This document shows, one piece after another, positions 61,470 through 64,000 of a DNA stretch of 64,000 bases; within the stretch, counting starts at the first letter, position 1, and every line of letters begins with the position of its first letter. A model generated the notes under the pieces. That model searched no databases, was not told the DNA's origin, and was given only the letters and a program-made list of their open reading frames with translations. Origin of the DNA: Psilocybe cubensis (Eukaryota); assembly GCA_017499595.2 (NCBI GenBank), contig CM039002.1:3038001-3102000 (forward strand), read 5' to 3'. The position numbers and the translations under genes are program-made.

Positions 61470-64000
61470 GATGACCTATTGTTCCCCCAACGCCGTAGCT
61501 CGACAACGACGCCAAAGGATAGTACGATGGACGGAAATGAAAAGGCAGCGGTTTTCGCTGTTGGGTGTTGTGGATAACAAATACAGTGCAAGCGGAGTTT
61601 CGCAAACTATCGATTTGTTGATCGGCCTATGCCGGCTAGCCAGCACAGCAATTCCACTCATCCTCCAACTTCTCTAAACATTGGCCACGTCCATTCCATA
61701 ATCCATAAGGCAAATGGTGAGCGATATATGGTAAGTACTCGTGTGCATGCCTAGAACGAGGCTCGAGTTATCTCTCTGGCTTTTGCTGATAACGTTACTC
61801 TAAAAGACAGGTGACCGAAAACGGGTGCTCCACTCTATCGATGGGCGAGGAGTCACAAATGCAGACATGTTGACTTGATCTGTCTTCGAGGACAATATAA
61901 ATTTGGATTTTCTCTACGGTCTCAGCTTAGTTTTTCCAGCTACAGCTGCGCATACTAACATAGATCCATAACACCTATTTCCATCTGTTCGTTTCCTCGA
62001 CACGATCATTTCGGAATGTTTTCAAACTGTGGCAGACATGAACGACGTATTTTCCAGCTATTTCACCGTGTTTTATTTTGGTTGCGGTTTTATGCTGCGT
62101 GGCGGTCTACTTATCTCGTAAGGCACGATATCTGTTGTGAACCAGGATGACTGCGGTTCGTGAGGGCCGCATCAGTTCGTCTGGTTTTCACCCTGGATCC
62201 TGATCCTCCTACGTTTTGCCGCTTCTCTCATTATGGCTGAGCCAAAAATCCGAGGCCTGGATGGGATGACAATGAGGCCGCCCGGACTGACTGTCGACAT
62301 CATAGCTTTCTTTCCTTCTCAATTGAACAGTGTGCTTATTTTTAAAAATATCTCTCCTCTAGTTTGCAACCTTCCAATTCCTCCGGCTATAGGACAACTA
62401 ACAATGATCTACAGCTATTCGCTTGTGCGTCTGGATAAACGGTTTAGAGGTGCCTTGCTCCAAGAGGGGGGCATTTCCGGACCTTTACGCACCTGCTCTC
62501 ATGTGGTCGTCTGGAAATTTTTCCAGTAAGTCTATACATTTGGTGTTGACTTGATCTGTGCATCCGAGGTCGGATCACTGGTAACTCGACAAAAACTCGA
62601 CACAACGCTATTTTCCATTCAATCGCCATGCAGTCGGGAACACCAGCACTCAGCACAAGAACTGAGTAATAGTTCATCACAGCTCAGCATCCATTCAATG
62701 AAAAGAACGCGGTCGGGTCTTTCCACAGCCTATTAACAGACCAAACAGTATATCACTCTCGTTCTCTGCACCCGGTGTGTATGTTTTCAATCAAAAGTGT
62801 CCTCTTTTTCACCGAGATTCTTATCTTTCCACTATGTCAAAAACACAGAACTCTACATACGCATCATATCATATCACTCCTCTGCGCGGTTATTCTTCTA
62901 CACCATCATCACTCTTGCAACATGTACGTACAATATTGGACAGTCTCCTTCTAACTCGGGTTACCTTGTTGTGCGTTGTTCCATGGAGCGCTGTTGGGGC
63001 CCTTTTTGTTTATTCGGCTTTCAAAGCGGGTCAACGTCCCCTGGGGGTGGACAGTCGACAGGAGACTGTGCGAACAGGGATCTCCTCGGCTATACATACG
63101 CACGTCCACGCAATGATTGCATACTGCCAAACCGACGCCTTCAGAAGCACCGCAGATTATCGAGACAGTCCCGGGCTCGGAAAACCTTGATCAGCAGAGG
63201 TACGGGCTCAGTGTGCCCCAGTTCCAGCGTCTGTATTACTGACGCACCATTTACACTGCCAAATGGGACACGCCTAATTGCGCATCCGCGAACTGGACTT
63301 GCTATCATCCACATATGTACATGCAGACTTTGCGACCTGACGGAACACGTATCGCTAACAGATATTATCCCCTTCGAGCGAGCTCCAAGCACTTCGTTAT
63401 CCTAATGTGCCCATCTACTAACTCAGTGCGGCTCACGAGACGCGCTGTGCCTCGATTTTTTGGCGCACGAATAGAATACCCCGAACTCGGCCAGGCTGCG
63501 TATACATGTGCTCGTAAACTATAATTTGTTGTTCCTCATTCTCCCCCAGTGGGGCATTTGTTTTTGATCATCAAGTCCGATGCTACGTAGTGCGCAAAAC
63601 TCAAACTTTTGGCGTATATAGACTGCGTCGACGAGCCAGCAGACATTTCCAGGAATGGAACATAGAAGGAACATGGACGCGAATCACAATCAACGTGTCA
63701 ACAGTCAATACCGGCAGTGCTATTTCTCGTCTCGCTAATGAGAAAATGAAAACAAACTTTCGAAAAGGTCGGATTTAAGCACGCGCAGGCTCTCACATTC
63801 GAAATATGGCCGGAGCTCGCAACTCTATGTAAGTACCGAGTCCTCTCGGTGTGTATAAGCCTTCTTTTCGTATATACTCCATACAGGCTTCTGAATGGTC
63901 TCGAGGTTCGAGGGATTATACATTTAAAGTGGGCGACTTCTCACTGCGCATTTATTTCTAAACATGGTGTGCTCCATGATTAATCCGATAATAGTCAAGC

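Noticed and set aside
62233-64000. ORFs of 98-202 aa at the window end
   Set aside because: No motifs or convincing splice pattern; treated as intergenic.
1-64000. tRNA, rRNA, telomeric arrays, intact transposase or retroelement ORFs
   Set aside because: None recognised by eye; intron-containing tRNAs or snoRNAs could have been missed without a covariance search.

Overview
Intron-rich fungal genomic DNA (short GT/GC-AG introns with CTRAC-type branch points; gene content points to an Agaricomycete mushroom). The first ~26 kb is an accessory region with mirror-image organisation: forkhead gene (+), single-pass membrane protein, F-box-like/LRR genes A and B (-), then a ~10 kb spacer (1.3 kb TIR element plus a microsatellite-saturated island carrying one large membrane-protein gene), then inverted copies B' (truncated), A', a chimeric pseudogene and a second forkhead gene (-). 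The rest is mostly ordinary gene space: MBOAT/wax-synthase-type acyltransferase, CK2 beta, an L-amino acid oxidase-like flavoprotein beside a pyruvate-decarboxylase-family enzyme with altered catalytic residues, a second membrane protein, a multi-BRCT Dpb11/Cut5-like gene, two tandem integral membrane paralogues, an SPX phosphate transporter, an APSES factor and ornithine decarboxylase. The best leads are a spliced non-AUG uORF ending GEPP-stop in the ODC leader, the oxidase plus variant decarboxylase pair, and new microsatellites in one arm of the inverted duplication. All exon boundaries and alignments were read by eye and are predictions; no database searches were run.
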